Assembly (NCBI GenBank): GCA_044892505.1
Contig: CM097882.1
Span: 393,452,001 to 393,516,000 of the forward strand
Direction of reading: 5' to 3'
Length of the DNA: 64,000 nucleotides
From: Schmidtea nova
Taxonomy: Eukaryota
Shown here: positions 1 through 12,200 of the stretch, piece after piece
Position numbering within the stretch: position 1 is the first letter of the stretch
How the letters are laid out: the number at the start of each line of letters is the position of its first letter
Translations under genes and position numbers: made by a program
Notes under the pieces: generated by a model
Databases searched by the model: none
What the model saw: the letters and a program-made list of their open reading frames with translations, nothing else
What the model was told of the DNA's origin: nothing

Positions 1-388
1 TAGAAATAAAAAAATCTCAATAAAAGAAGATGCCCAATGGTATCTTGCTATACGAATTCAAGGATTCAAAATATTACCCATTTGAACCATATTTTCCTTT
101 AAGGAAAATTATCAAAGGAAAACTAGTAATTAATTTTTGATGCTGTTTCATAGTTGTATATTTATTAATCTGATTAAGTATATTAATTCTTGTTTTCTTT
201 AAAAATGAACTTTAATAAACAAAAAGATTATTACAATTAGTAATTTTTAAGATAAACTAAAAATATTTTGCAAACATTTTAACTTTGTTATAATGCATCA
301 TTTCAAATTTAATTCATAAAACAGTGCTTCATTAATGTTGATAAGTATTAATTATTATGGAAGAGTTCAATTGAAAATAATAAAAAAC

Positions 389-817
389 ATGAAGTTTCCT
401 TGTAAAAATGCTCAACAGATTATTGATAGAAGTTGAAAATATCCCATTCTATTTTTCAAAAATGGGAAATGTCGTAAAATGGGTTGTAAAAAAAAGCTTA
501 TCGAAATTTTATATTATGATATAAAATATCTCCAAATTTAATCATGTTCACTGATTGCTGATATTGGGGAACAAATTAATTTACACCATTAATAATTGAA
601 AACAAATTGCTTATATGAACCGGAAATAATTCCTGGTTTAAGACTTGTAAAGTATAACCTATTGTATGTAAATTTATTTGCCAGTGGGAAAATAATTATA
701 CTTGTTCTAAAAACTCTGAATTATGATTCATTCGTAAATCAAATTATAAAAAATTTTGATTGGTTCAAGAAAACTATAAATATTGTAAACATTCTCATTC
801 TCTTCATAGAACAATGA
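389..817 (+). pseudogene. Degenerate intronless TBP (TATA-binding protein)-fold gene with 4 in-frame stops
   Basis: One frame from ATG 389 reads MKFPCKNAQQIIDRS*KYPILFFKNGKCRKMGCKKKAYRNLYYDIKYLQI*SCSLIADIGEQINLHH**LKTNCLYEPEIIPGLRLVKYNLLYVNLFASGKIIILVLKTL, with stops at 434, 539, 590 and 593. YEPEIIPGL...LFASGKIII resembles TBP YEPELFPGL...IFVSGKVVL. FFKNGK..MG resembles the first TBP repeat IFSSGKMVCTG. Confidence 0.6.
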
Positions 818-3019
818 TTCAATTTTCAAAAATTAGTAATATTTGATTTCGTATTTATCTTATTTTCTTTAGAATACAAGGTCAAATTACTCATTTTGAA
901 AATCACAGAAATTTTTCCAGAAATAAAGAATATTATTTCTAATTGTTCAACGGAAAATGCACCTCAAAATATTTTATGCTACTGGAATTAACATTGAGGA
1001 TCTTATATTCCGTCAAAATTTATGCAACATGGATTTGAAAAGCAAACGAATTTACTCAAAACCATTAATTGCCTTTAATAGTGTTCATATTCTAATGATT
1101 ACAAAAGAAAACAGGCAGTAACATATTATTTATCAATGAACTAAATATTCAATATAAAAGGAAATGCATTACAAATAAATTCGTTAAATTTTTGTTAATA
1201 AATTTATATATTATAGAGAATTGTAAGCTAAATCTTGCGACATAAAAAATATTTTTATAACTTTTTTATCTTAACGTAAAAGTGAAATATTTGAAATTCA
1301 ATATTTTGTAAAGATTATTTACGTTTTCTTGTTAAGCGTTTGATTCTGAGTTGAATGATTATAAAATATGTTGAAAAATATTTTGTCTACATGTTGAAAA
1401 TTTGAAGTGAAAAAGTGCAAAAATGTAAAATCAATAAGTTTTAATAAAACTTGTATATCATATTGTAGAGAATTGCATGGTGAGTCTAAATATCTAAAGC
1501 ATGATTTTAGAAATAGTCTTGGTTGTTGAGAAATTTGTATATAAAGAAAATCGTTAAGTCATGTAAATCCTTTTGCTTCATGTTGTGTGGTAAACGTTTT
1601 TGAGTCAAACGAGGTATTGTTGGTTAAAATCTGTTGAGTATATTTTTGTAAATTACAAAAAGTTTGATATCAATAATCAAGTACTCGTGATGAAACAACA
1701 AAGATTTGATCATATTTAAATTAAAAAATATTTTTGCACATTTTAAAACTTTTTGCACTTGATTGCACTTAGGTGCACTCAAAAATCGATAATCTACCTA
1801 AAACTCAATACTGTAATGTGTAGAACCTTTTGTTTCATAAAAATTTGAACATTCTATATGTAAACGCGATTAGCACTTTCTTCACTATTGAGCACTCAAA
1901 AACAAATATTGCACTAAAGAATAGATACTAAGGTAGGTGCTCCAAATCATGAGATAAATGTTTCAACAATACTGAAAGTAAACCATGTTTGCACTCATTT
2001 AACATTTTACACTAAAATTCTATTTTTATACTCATTTTAAAAAGCATATTTTTTAGACTTGAAATATAAAGTTTAATACTTATAAATATAAAGAAGTATA
2101 TAGTCTAACTCATAAAATCTCGTTTTTCCTGGATTAGACCAACTTCCGATAAAGATGCGAAAGAGTTACTCGTCTTTACAAACAGAATGTTTTTGCAAAA
2201 ATAATTTTTCAAAATCTCAATGGCTTAGCCTGTGCTCAAGTATTTTTTTCGTACTCATTTTGAAACGTTATTTTGACCGTCTTCTCGTTTAAATACGAAA
2301 GGGTTTTATTCACATAAAATAAAGTACTAACACTACTCTAACGTATTCCAAAGAAAGATTTTCAAATTTCTCAGAGACTTCAACACTATAGTGCAACGAA
2401 AGATAACTCAAAAAATAATGTCTTTCATAATTTTGACACTGTTATACTGAACATTCAAAATGTCTTGGTCCCAAAGTTGTAGGTCTTAAAATTCTGTATA
2501 TATATATACAAAAATAATTATTTTTCAAAAATACTCAAAATATCTTCTAGAAAAACAATTTGTCTCTGAAAATTTTTCTTCGATACAATTTTCGAAGAGA
2601 TACGAAAACATTATTGTCAGAAAAATGTTGAGCTTAAAAATCTCTATATTTTTTGCAATAACAACTTTTCAAAAATATCAAACCTCACACTATAGAGTTA
2701 TAAAAAACCACTAAAATTGCACTTTTTTGGCATGATTTAGCACCATTTAGAATCTTAAAATCGAAATTAGCACATCTTAAGGTGCTAAAAACACTGTTGA
2801 AAAACAAACACTATAATGAAAAACAAAAAGTGCACCTTAACATAGTGAAAAAGTGCACCCTGCACTCAAAAATCAAAATTCAAATTAGAAGAATTTTTGC
2901 GCAAATTTTGAAAATTGTTATATATTATTGCTAGGGAAGGGTGGGGAGCGATAAATGGTGGTTAGTTCGAAGGCTCACATCTACCTACTGACAAGAACAC
3001 AAAATTGAAGCCATAATAA

Positions 3020-3025
3020 TTTATT
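3020..3025 (-). promoter_or_regulatory. Candidate polyadenylation signal (AATAAA) of the mucin-like gene
   Basis: tttatt at 3020-3025 lies 17 nt past the TGA at 3043-3045. The context is AT-rich, so a chance match is possible. Confidence 0.35.
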
Positions 3026-3042
3026 TATCAATCAAAATGTTT

Positions 3043-3279
3043 TCAGGGGTGTGAACAAGTGTTAATGCATGCACATTGAGTTATACGTACATCCACCATG
3101 AATCCCTTGACCAGCGTATTGGTTGATTGTTTGATGCATGTGTATTCATAAGGTAAATTAACAGTGTATTGACTTGGCGAGCAGCATTTACAGGCCGAAT
3201 TTTGCACGAATCCCGGTGGCAATGTTGTAGGGTCATTTAGGAGCATTGCTGAATATTTGTTGAATTTCATTATCGGATT
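3043..3279 (-). CDS. Terminal exon, second half of C-terminal cystine knot (CTCK)
   Basis: Acceptor ttatttag at 3280-3281, phase 0. Reads NPIMKF...SACKCCSP...ITQCACINTCSHP-TGA, with the CxCC and CxC knot motifs. Confidence 0.88.
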   Translation of the reverse strand, partial: NPIMKFNKYSAMLLNDPTTLPPGFVQNSACKCCSPSQYTVNLPYEYTCIKQSTNTLVKGFMVDVRITQCACINTCSHP

Positions 3280-6200
3280 CTAAATAATCAAATAAGTTTA
3301 AAATTCCAATTTAAAAATTCTCCATACGTCAATTTCATCCAAACCGCGAAGAGAAGTCGACGTGCTGCATCCTCCACCACAAATGGTTTTTTCTATCATT
3401 TTTCCACCAGTAAGTTTACATATGTCTCCATTTTTCAACGTTAACTGATTCACTTTAATTGTGTTTACTTTGCATCTAGTAATAGCGGCGACGTAACAGC
3501 AATGGGTATCATCTACTATCAGTTTCGCACCACTCGAAACCAAGGCTTCATCTTCTAATGAGCAAGCAGGTAATCCATTTTTCACGTCTAGTGGTGATAC
3601 GGTCAATTTACCACGAGCACATAAATACAATTGACAAGAATTGGTATCCTTTTTAGTTTGTCCATTCTGAAAAAAAGAAAGCAAATAATGTTAATAAGAG
3701 CTAAATGAGACCAATATTCAACTGCGACAGCAAATAAAGAACCACCAAAGCATACTAATGAACATGACCAGTGTAAAAATGCAAATATTTTTACAAATAT
3801 ATAAGCTAAACGATCGTGTTAAATATAAAATAAAATGTTCGAATATAAATAAAAATATATACAAACATAAAATAAATAGTCCGAAAAGAAATGAAGGATT
3901 AAAAAAATTTACTAAACTATATTTCAGAACACTCAACACCAAGTACCCTCAATTTTTTTGAAAAATGATTTTAGATATTCGGAAGTTCTTATATCTTAAA
4001 TTCTAAACATTCAACATTATTATAGAATCGCAACTATTCTAGAACTCGGAATTATAAATGAAGAAATTGGAAAAAATGAAAATTAAAAAGATTTTAATCA
4101 TGACTTTTAAAATTCAACACTCAAGACGACTTAGAATAAAAATAGTTATCATTTCTTATCTTCATCTTGGATACTTCTTATTTTATTATCTAGACTAAAT
4201 CAATTTTTTTAAATGTACACAAATTTTCAGCGCAGCTTTTTTCAAGTGTGCATAACAAACTGATCTATAACAGACTAACAAATGAAAATTTTTAAAAGTA
4301 GTTAATAAATTGTTGTATCAAATTAACCACTAACCTGCCATATTGTTCCATTCACGTCACAGCGATAACATTCTGACGATGGCACGCATGTATTATTAAT
4401 ATTTCTGACGAACCCAGGTTGACATCTACAGCCCTCCTCACAAACATGAGTAGGATGCAATCTATTTATAACATCATCGCACGTCTGTTCACAGTAGCTA
4501 TTTTTCAACGAAAACGTGACATCTTTTTCACAGCATTTGGTGGCAGCATAGCAAATTTCTTCAGTACTATTCGGTCNNNNNNNNNNNNNNNNNNNNNNNN
4601 NNNNNNNNNNNNNNNNNNNNNNNNNNNNNNNNNNNNNNNNNNNNNNNNNNNNNNNNNNNNNNNNNNNNNNNNNNNNNNNNNNNNNNNNNNNNNNNNNNNN
4701 NNNNNNNNNNNNNNNNNNNNNNNNNNNNNNNNNNNNNNNNNNNNNNNNNNNNNNNNNNNNNNNNNNNNNNNNNNNNNNNNNNNNNNNNNNNNNNNNNNNN
4801 NNNNNNNNNNNNNNNNNNNNNNNNNNNNNNNNNNNNNNNNNNNNNNNNNNNTACGTTACCTTGACAGCCATTGCCACCATAAACGGCAGCTTGGGCAATT
4901 GTTCTTTCCAGTATTTGAACTCCTTTACCACAGGTAACATTACAAGGAGAAACAATCTTCCAATCACTCCATTGACAATCTTGCTGGCAAATATTATTTG
5001 TACAAATCCATTTTCCTTGTCGGCATGTGCTAAAGAAATATAAATCAAATTAACAATAGTGTTTGTTTTATTATTAAGTTTTACCAATTATTGCAATCTT
5101 TAGATAAAATTGTGTCAGGAAGTGATTCCTCCAAGTATCCAGAAGGTCTTGTTCCAAGTAAAAGTTCATTCCAAGTGCAACGACATTCCGATTTCGAAAC
5201 ACATTGACCGTCTTGTTCTAACATGTTGTCTGGACATGCGCAAGATTCAATACAGTCGATATTTGTACATCTTTTAGATAAATCACCACACCGTTGTTCA
5301 CAGGGGTTAACGCAGGAGAGTAGTTGTTTTGGTGCAACACACAGTTGGCCTATGCAATGAAAATGACACAATCATATAAATACAGTTGTGAAATTATTAT
5401 ATAAATAATTTTACTGCAATTTCCTAAATAGCAAGGTTCATAAACGACTTCGCAATTCTTTCCACCATTAACTGCTCTGACGACTTCTTGGGGAGTTTTT
5501 GTTACCATTCCATGTCCACAACTAGTATCACATTGGCTGCTATTTGCGGAACACAATTTAATGCATTCAGATGTTTCATAAGTCAAAACTTTACAATCAA
5601 CTGATTAAAAAAATTATTAATGGAGAATTGTTGGATTTAATGAAGGCTCTACCTGGACATTCCATTTGACAAGGTATGGTTCGATTTGTTTCACATTCTT
5701 CATTGGTATTTATAGATGGAATAAGTAAGTCTCTAACTTGTGTTATCACACCGTATGCTGTAGAGCTTCCAGTACAACACTGTGCATTGCAAGTAGTTTC
5801 ATTTATCCACTGTCCCATTACACAATTGACCTTGTAAAAGTCAATGAAGAATCACTGAAAATGAATCACAGGAATTATACTTGACATTTCATTGTGCAAG
5901 GTTCTGTTTCGATTCGTGGCCCGACGCATCTAGTTGAAAGGTCTTCACAAGGATCAATACAAATACGGTCTCTTGATCTGGTGCCATTAGGACAGTTACC
6001 AGAACAAATTGACCACGCTGACCATTCATTCCATGTAGCACCTTATTGTACAAAATAAATGAGTAAAATAATTGTCAAAGAAATATATTACTCGGTTTAT
6101 TATCCTCATTCGATGGTTGACATTCTCTTTGACCCGTAAAATTACAGAAACTAGATTGAATGAAATTATTAATATATAATGCTTAAGATATAGATTGTAA

Positions 6201-9200
6201 CGTAAAGGAAAGAGAAATTTTCATTTTAAACTGTCTTCTTGGTTAATTTTAAAAAATTTTAAAAATTTCTAACTCACCATTCCTGACAAGCTACATTAGA
6301 AGGCATTGGAGAACCACTGGGATATATTTGACTTGTTTCGCTGTCTGTACATGTAACACATGGTACTACATCGCACGGCTTAACATCTGAATCCGTGCCA
6401 ATGCATGACTGACCATTTCCTCTTTGCTCGCTACTTGTAGTTCGTATTCTCGTTTGATTACTAGCTCCACAAACTTTATTGCAAGGAGACCAATCTTGCC
6501 ACTGATTCCATGAACAATCACAATTATCATTCGGTATACAAACTGCTTGTCCATTTTCACAAACTCCAGTTTCACTAAAAACATATTTATTATCTTATAA
6601 TGTTCTAATCAAAATTAAATATTAAAAATTAGAAAAATACTAATAATTTTTAATAAATAATTTCCTTTTACAACGGGTAAGGCATAAATCATCGTATTTC
6701 CAGAATTATATCAGCTAGGAAATCATAGAATTTTTAAATAAGCACCAATGAGTAAAAACTACTTTCGAGATTTTCAGAGCTTTTTTCGTACAAACTCATT
6801 TGAAATTTGCAAAAATAAAGAAAATTTGTTCAAAAGAAAATGAAATAAATAACTTTTTATACATGTATTTCTTATTATGTTATGCTAACATATTTGAAAT
6901 TCTATCGAATGATGCATAATTTATTCAATTTTCTACTTGTGTAATATTTCAAAAAATTTATTAAAATATTAATTTTAATTTTTCCAGTTAATAATCATCA
7001 TATATAATTACGCTCATCACTGATTTTTTAACGCTCGCGGATTGCTTGATTCTAACAATATCATCATTTTTTTGAACTACTAATACTAACATAGATTTTT
7101 TACACGATTAACAAGTTTTAAACAGCGCTTTCTAAGTTTATTTTGCAAAATAAAAATTAAAAATTAATCAAGAGTTGCAAGTCAAGTGAAGGTACTTATT
7201 GAATCGAATCCACAGCAAGGAAATTTATTGAATGATCAAAGACAATTCACACGGAATGTAGTTTTTCAAGACGTTCTTCAATAAAAACAATTTTTTTGCC
7301 ATTCCATATATATAACAGAAATAATTTTCAATTGCTTAAGAATAAAAGAAATTGAATTTTTAATAAAAATTTCGTATATCAAATTGTTCATTTATTTTAT
7401 GATTTGTCAACGGGCGCCTAGTTTGTTATATAAAAGCCTTGAATATTAAATTCGTATTTTTATATCCATAAAAATAAAACTAGACACATGCTTGGAACTG
7501 CATTCACCAATTTATGAATTGTAGTTTATTTTTACAGATCTTTAATGAAAAACGATAATATTATTCAAAAAGTTTGAATATCGTATCGGAATTATGCATT
7601 AATTCATACATGTAACTTTCAATAAATTATTCAAATGAAAATTTGATTTAACTCCATTTCCAGACTAACTATAAATAAAAATAATGTGTAAAAAATGAAG
7701 ATAAAACAAATAAAATAAATCAATAGTGACAAAGATAAAAGATTTTACAGAAAACAAGAAGGTCTGGCAATGTTAAAATAATATTTGAAATTTAATAATC
7801 AATAAATTAAAAATTTAAAAATTGATTAATCTTTAAATACAATTTGTCAAAAATCAGTACAACTATTTTAAAAGTTTCTTTTCTCAAATAACAATTGAAA
7901 GTAACTAACCATGGTTTGCAATTAACTTGAGAAATGTCACAACATGTGTCGGATAATACACAATTTCCTAGCATATCCTCTACATATCCTGGTTTACAGA
8001 AACAACCGGTTATACAGTTCGATGATTCTTCACAACTTATTCCTCTATCTAATACATCATCGCAAGTTCTTGGACATGTAACATTATGGCATGCTATCTG
8101 AATTTTGTTTCCACTGCATAAAGGTGCTTAAGTTAAGAAAATATTGATTATAATTTGTTATTAGTAAACAACGTACTCGACGTTTCAGTTGTGCATGGGA
8201 ATTCATTGCAAGCAATAGTTACAATTGATGTATCAGAAGAAAGATCACACCCACTATTTAAAGGAGTTCTTGTTTTGTTTGTGGTTCCACCCCCGCAATT
8301 TTGAGAACATTCTGTCCAATGTGACCAAGGACTCCATTCACAAATGCAAGTATTTGGACAGTTATCAATTTCTTCATTGCCGTTTTGCTCACAGAATTTT
8401 CCTCCATAATTAGGTTGTTTAATTATTACACGACTTCGTATCTTAGATGCATTATCACAACCACCACTGCATTCGGACCATTCACTCCATCGTGACCACT
8501 GGCAATCTTTTTCTAAGAAAATGAGTACCATATCATTGTTAATTAATTACATTCAAAAATAAAATCTGAAAAACACTTTTGATGTTAGTTACAAAACGTT
8601 AAAATTTCTGCAGTTAGTGTTGATTAAATCTTATTAGGTAAATTTAAATTCTTGGTGCTTACCACCAGAACCATGGGCCATGAAAACCTGGAAACGCCGG
8701 ATAACAAGTAACCTTAAATCGATTTTTTATATCAAATTTACTATGTTTATTTAAAAAGTAGCAGATATTAATGTTGTCATAAAGATATTCAATTTAAAAA
8801 AAACATTAGTATAAAATCTAATTTTGCAATTAGGAATTTATCAATAATATCTTACTACTGACAAAGCTAACATCAGATCAACAAACAATTATCAGTAATA
8901 AAAAAGCATGATGTTTTAAAGACTTGCAAGATGGCAACTGAATTTTATTTTTTTAATGTCAGTATAATAAATAAAATATAGTTTGTTAATAAAATATTTC
9001 TATAACTTACTGGCTGAGACACAAGGTGAATCTTTTAATTAACACTTATAGAGCAACCAGTATACTTAAAATAAAATGATTAAGTTAATCAAATGGATTA
9101 AATTACATGACAATTATATTAACTTGACGTAAAAAATAAAAAAAAATTTCTTTCAAATCTAAAACCGTATGAGAGCGAGAACTGGAAAAAATCAAAAATA

Positions 9201-12200
9201 AAGGAAAAAATATTATTTGTGTAGTTAAGATATTTTAAAAATAAAAAATAAATATTAAGGTTGTTTTAATATTTCAGGAAATAATTTTTATTTGAGAGAA
9301 ATTTAACAAATAGGAGAATAACAAAGCTTGCTAATAAAATATAGTAAAAGGAAATATTTTCTAAAAATCAGATTCAACAAAATAGATCAATTTTAGAGGT
9401 AATAAAATCTTAATTTTATGAAAATTATTTAATTCAAATCTTATTAAAATAAATCATTAAAATTATTAAATAAACTTACTACAATTTTGGTCTTCCAAAC
9501 ATTCCAAATTGCCAATCTTACATAAACATTTTGCACAATTAAAGTAAACAGTTATGTTGGAGGCTACTGTTTGTCCATCTTCAATGATTTCCATGGGATT
9601 ACTTAGGCCGATTATATCATCCAATTCTACCCAAGCATCGATAATATCTCGATTGATTTTAAATTTAACATCAGAAAATAAAACATCACATTGACAATCA
9701 GAACTGTAGCACGAGTCGTATTGCCTTTCCGTCGTTGAACAATTTCTAGATCGAACTGTAAAGCCATTTCCACAAGAAACATTACACAGGGACCAATCAG
9801 ACCATTCAGAACATATAGGTAATGAGGTTGACAATATAGTAGTAGATATTATCGGGGAACTTGATAATGTGGATAATGTATAAGTTGGAGTAGTTCCAGA
9901 TGTTGACGACACCAATGATGATGTTGATGGTGTTGTTCCAGTTGTGAAGGTAACGGTAGGACTTGTTGTGGTATATCCTGAACTAGCTGTTGATTGAGTT
10001 GATGTGAATGGAGTAGATATTATCGGGGAACTTGATAATGTGGATAATGTATAAGTTGGAGTAGTTCCAGATGTTGACGACACCAATGATGATGTTGATG
10101 GTGTTGTTCCAGTTGTGAAGGTAACGGTAGGACTTGTTGTGGTATATCCTGAACTAGCTGTTGATTGAGTTGATGTGAATGGAGTGGATATTATCGGGGA
10201 ACTTGATAATGTGGATAATGTGAAAGTTGGAGTAGTTCCAGATGTTGAAGATACTTTTGGTGTAAAGCAACCGATAACTTCTAATCCGAATGATATCGTT
10301 GGTTTTGTGAGATCCCTAAATATGTGAATTATCAATTTTTGAAGTATTATTTTCTATTTTTTATAAATTTTTACTGATTAGTTTCGAATATAAATGTATT
10401 ATAAAATAAATTTAATTTGTCTTTTAGTTGTATCTTATGCTTTAGGCATTTGATTTACTGGTTAAAAATAAATTAATTTCGAAATCATAAATATAATAGT
10501 TCTACTTATTTTTATTCTCCAATTTCCTTTTACTAATAAATGGTTTTACTTTAATTATTCATTAAGTTTGGCATAAATTTTCTTTTCATTATAGATGCAT
10601 TTACCAGATCTTAAAGAAAAATATGATGGTTACATATATTAGTTAATTTATATATTCTGTTCAAATTTATGTTCTATTTTTATTTCATTTTGTACTCGAA
10701 TTTCTTTTGTTTAATAATAGAATTTTATTTATTCTTAAATACAAAACATTTTTTTACAAATTATTTTTCCAATCATTCATTTTTTATATTACATAAGTAT
10801 ATATAAAATGTAAAAAACAAATTAATCTTAAATGTAGAAAAACTTATGATATGGAAGATATATAATTAAAGTTTATATCGTACTTATTTTTTTTGTTTCT
10901 TTTCAAAGTTATTCACCTGAAAATTTTACTTGATAACGGCATATGATTTGAAAAGATGTTGAAAATTAGACTAAAATATAATGATTAGCAACTTACAAGC
11001 TTAGTATAGTTGTAATTGTGATTTGTATTCTTTGGACTTCGGAACCTGGATTTACTATTGGGGAAGACAATTTGTCCATCAATTTATTTGAATCTAGTAA
11101 ATCTCTTCCTGTCATTGTTACAGATGATTGGTCACCATTTACAAGAGTGACTGTTAATTTGACAGTTTTGACTAGAAGAGGGGTAGTAGCAACAAGATTG
11201 ATTTCATTGACTGCTGGAGATTGTGTTCCTTAAGACAATTAGTTGTAAATAAAATTTCTGCTTTGATGATAAAATAATTATCATTACCTTTTTGTGTTGG
11301 ATTGACATCGATAATAATCAGTGAACCAGTAATAGATAATCCTGAAGGAGTTCCGAGTTTTTGACTGGAATCAGTTTGTAGTTGATTCGAATCCACAGTA
11401 ACAGTAATATCAGAAGGTGGTATTTTCTATTTTATAATTAGTCATTAATTTTATAAAAAAATTATCTAGTTACATTTGTATCAGACATTCCGTTTTCAAT
11501 TTTACAAAGTGTGGGACTAGTAACAATTTTAGTAGATAATGTATAAGTAGGAGTAGTTCCAGATGATGACGACACCAATGATGATGTTGATGGTGTTGTT
11601 CCAGTTGTGAAGGTAACGGTAGGACTTGTTGTGGTATATCCTGAACTAGCTGTTGATTGAGTTGATGTGAATGGAGTAGATATTATCGGGGAACTTGATA
11701 ATGTGGATAATGTATAAGTTGGAGTAGTTCCAGATGATGACGACACCAATGATGATGTTGATGGTGTTGTTCCAGTTGTGAAGGTAACGGTAGGACTTGT
11801 TGTGGTATATCCTGAACTAGCTGTTGATTGAGTTGATGTGAATGGAGTAGATATTATCGGGGAACTTGATAATGTGGATAATGTATAAGTTGGAGTAGTT
11901 CCAGATGTTGACGACACCAATGATGATGTTGATGGTGTTGTTCCAGTTGTGAAGGTAACGGTAGGACTTGTTGTGGTATATCCTGAACTAGCTGTTGATT
12001 GAGTTGATGTGAATGGAGTAGATATTATCGGGGAACTTGATAATGTGGATAATGTATAAGTTGGAGTAGTTCCAGATGTTGACGACACCAATGATGATGT
12101 TGATGGTTTTGTTCCAGTTGTAAAGGTAACGGCAGGACTTGTTGTGGTATATCCTGAACTAGCTGTTGATTGAGTTGATGTGAATGGAGTGGATATTATC

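Noticed and set aside
30-140. Short plus-strand frame MPNGILLYEFKDSKYYPFEPYFPLRKIIKGKLVINF
   Set aside because: It looks protein-like but is too short, with an upstream stop at 21-23 and no recognisable family. It is noted only as possible context for the TBP-like relic.
2931-2947. G-rich patch gggaagggtgggg as a G-quadruplex
   Set aside because: It has only three G-runs and nothing else supports a function.
3718-3961. Hydrophobic 74-aa minus ORF (possible transmembrane alternative exon) and 67-aa plus ORF
   Set aside because: Both lie in a very AT-rich intron where F/I/L/K-rich ORFs arise by chance. No convincing phase-compatible acceptor was found.
4419-5043. Plus-strand ORFs 4419-4937 and 4861-5043, and the N-terminal part of minus ORF 4323-5087
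   Set aside because: These are shadows or wrong-frame reads joined artificially through the N gap. The Cys/Trp-rich frame above the gap differs from the listed one.
6600-7150. Possible MITE in the 6575-7909 intron
   Set aside because: The composition is suggestive, but no terminal inverted repeats or target-site duplication could be identified by eye.
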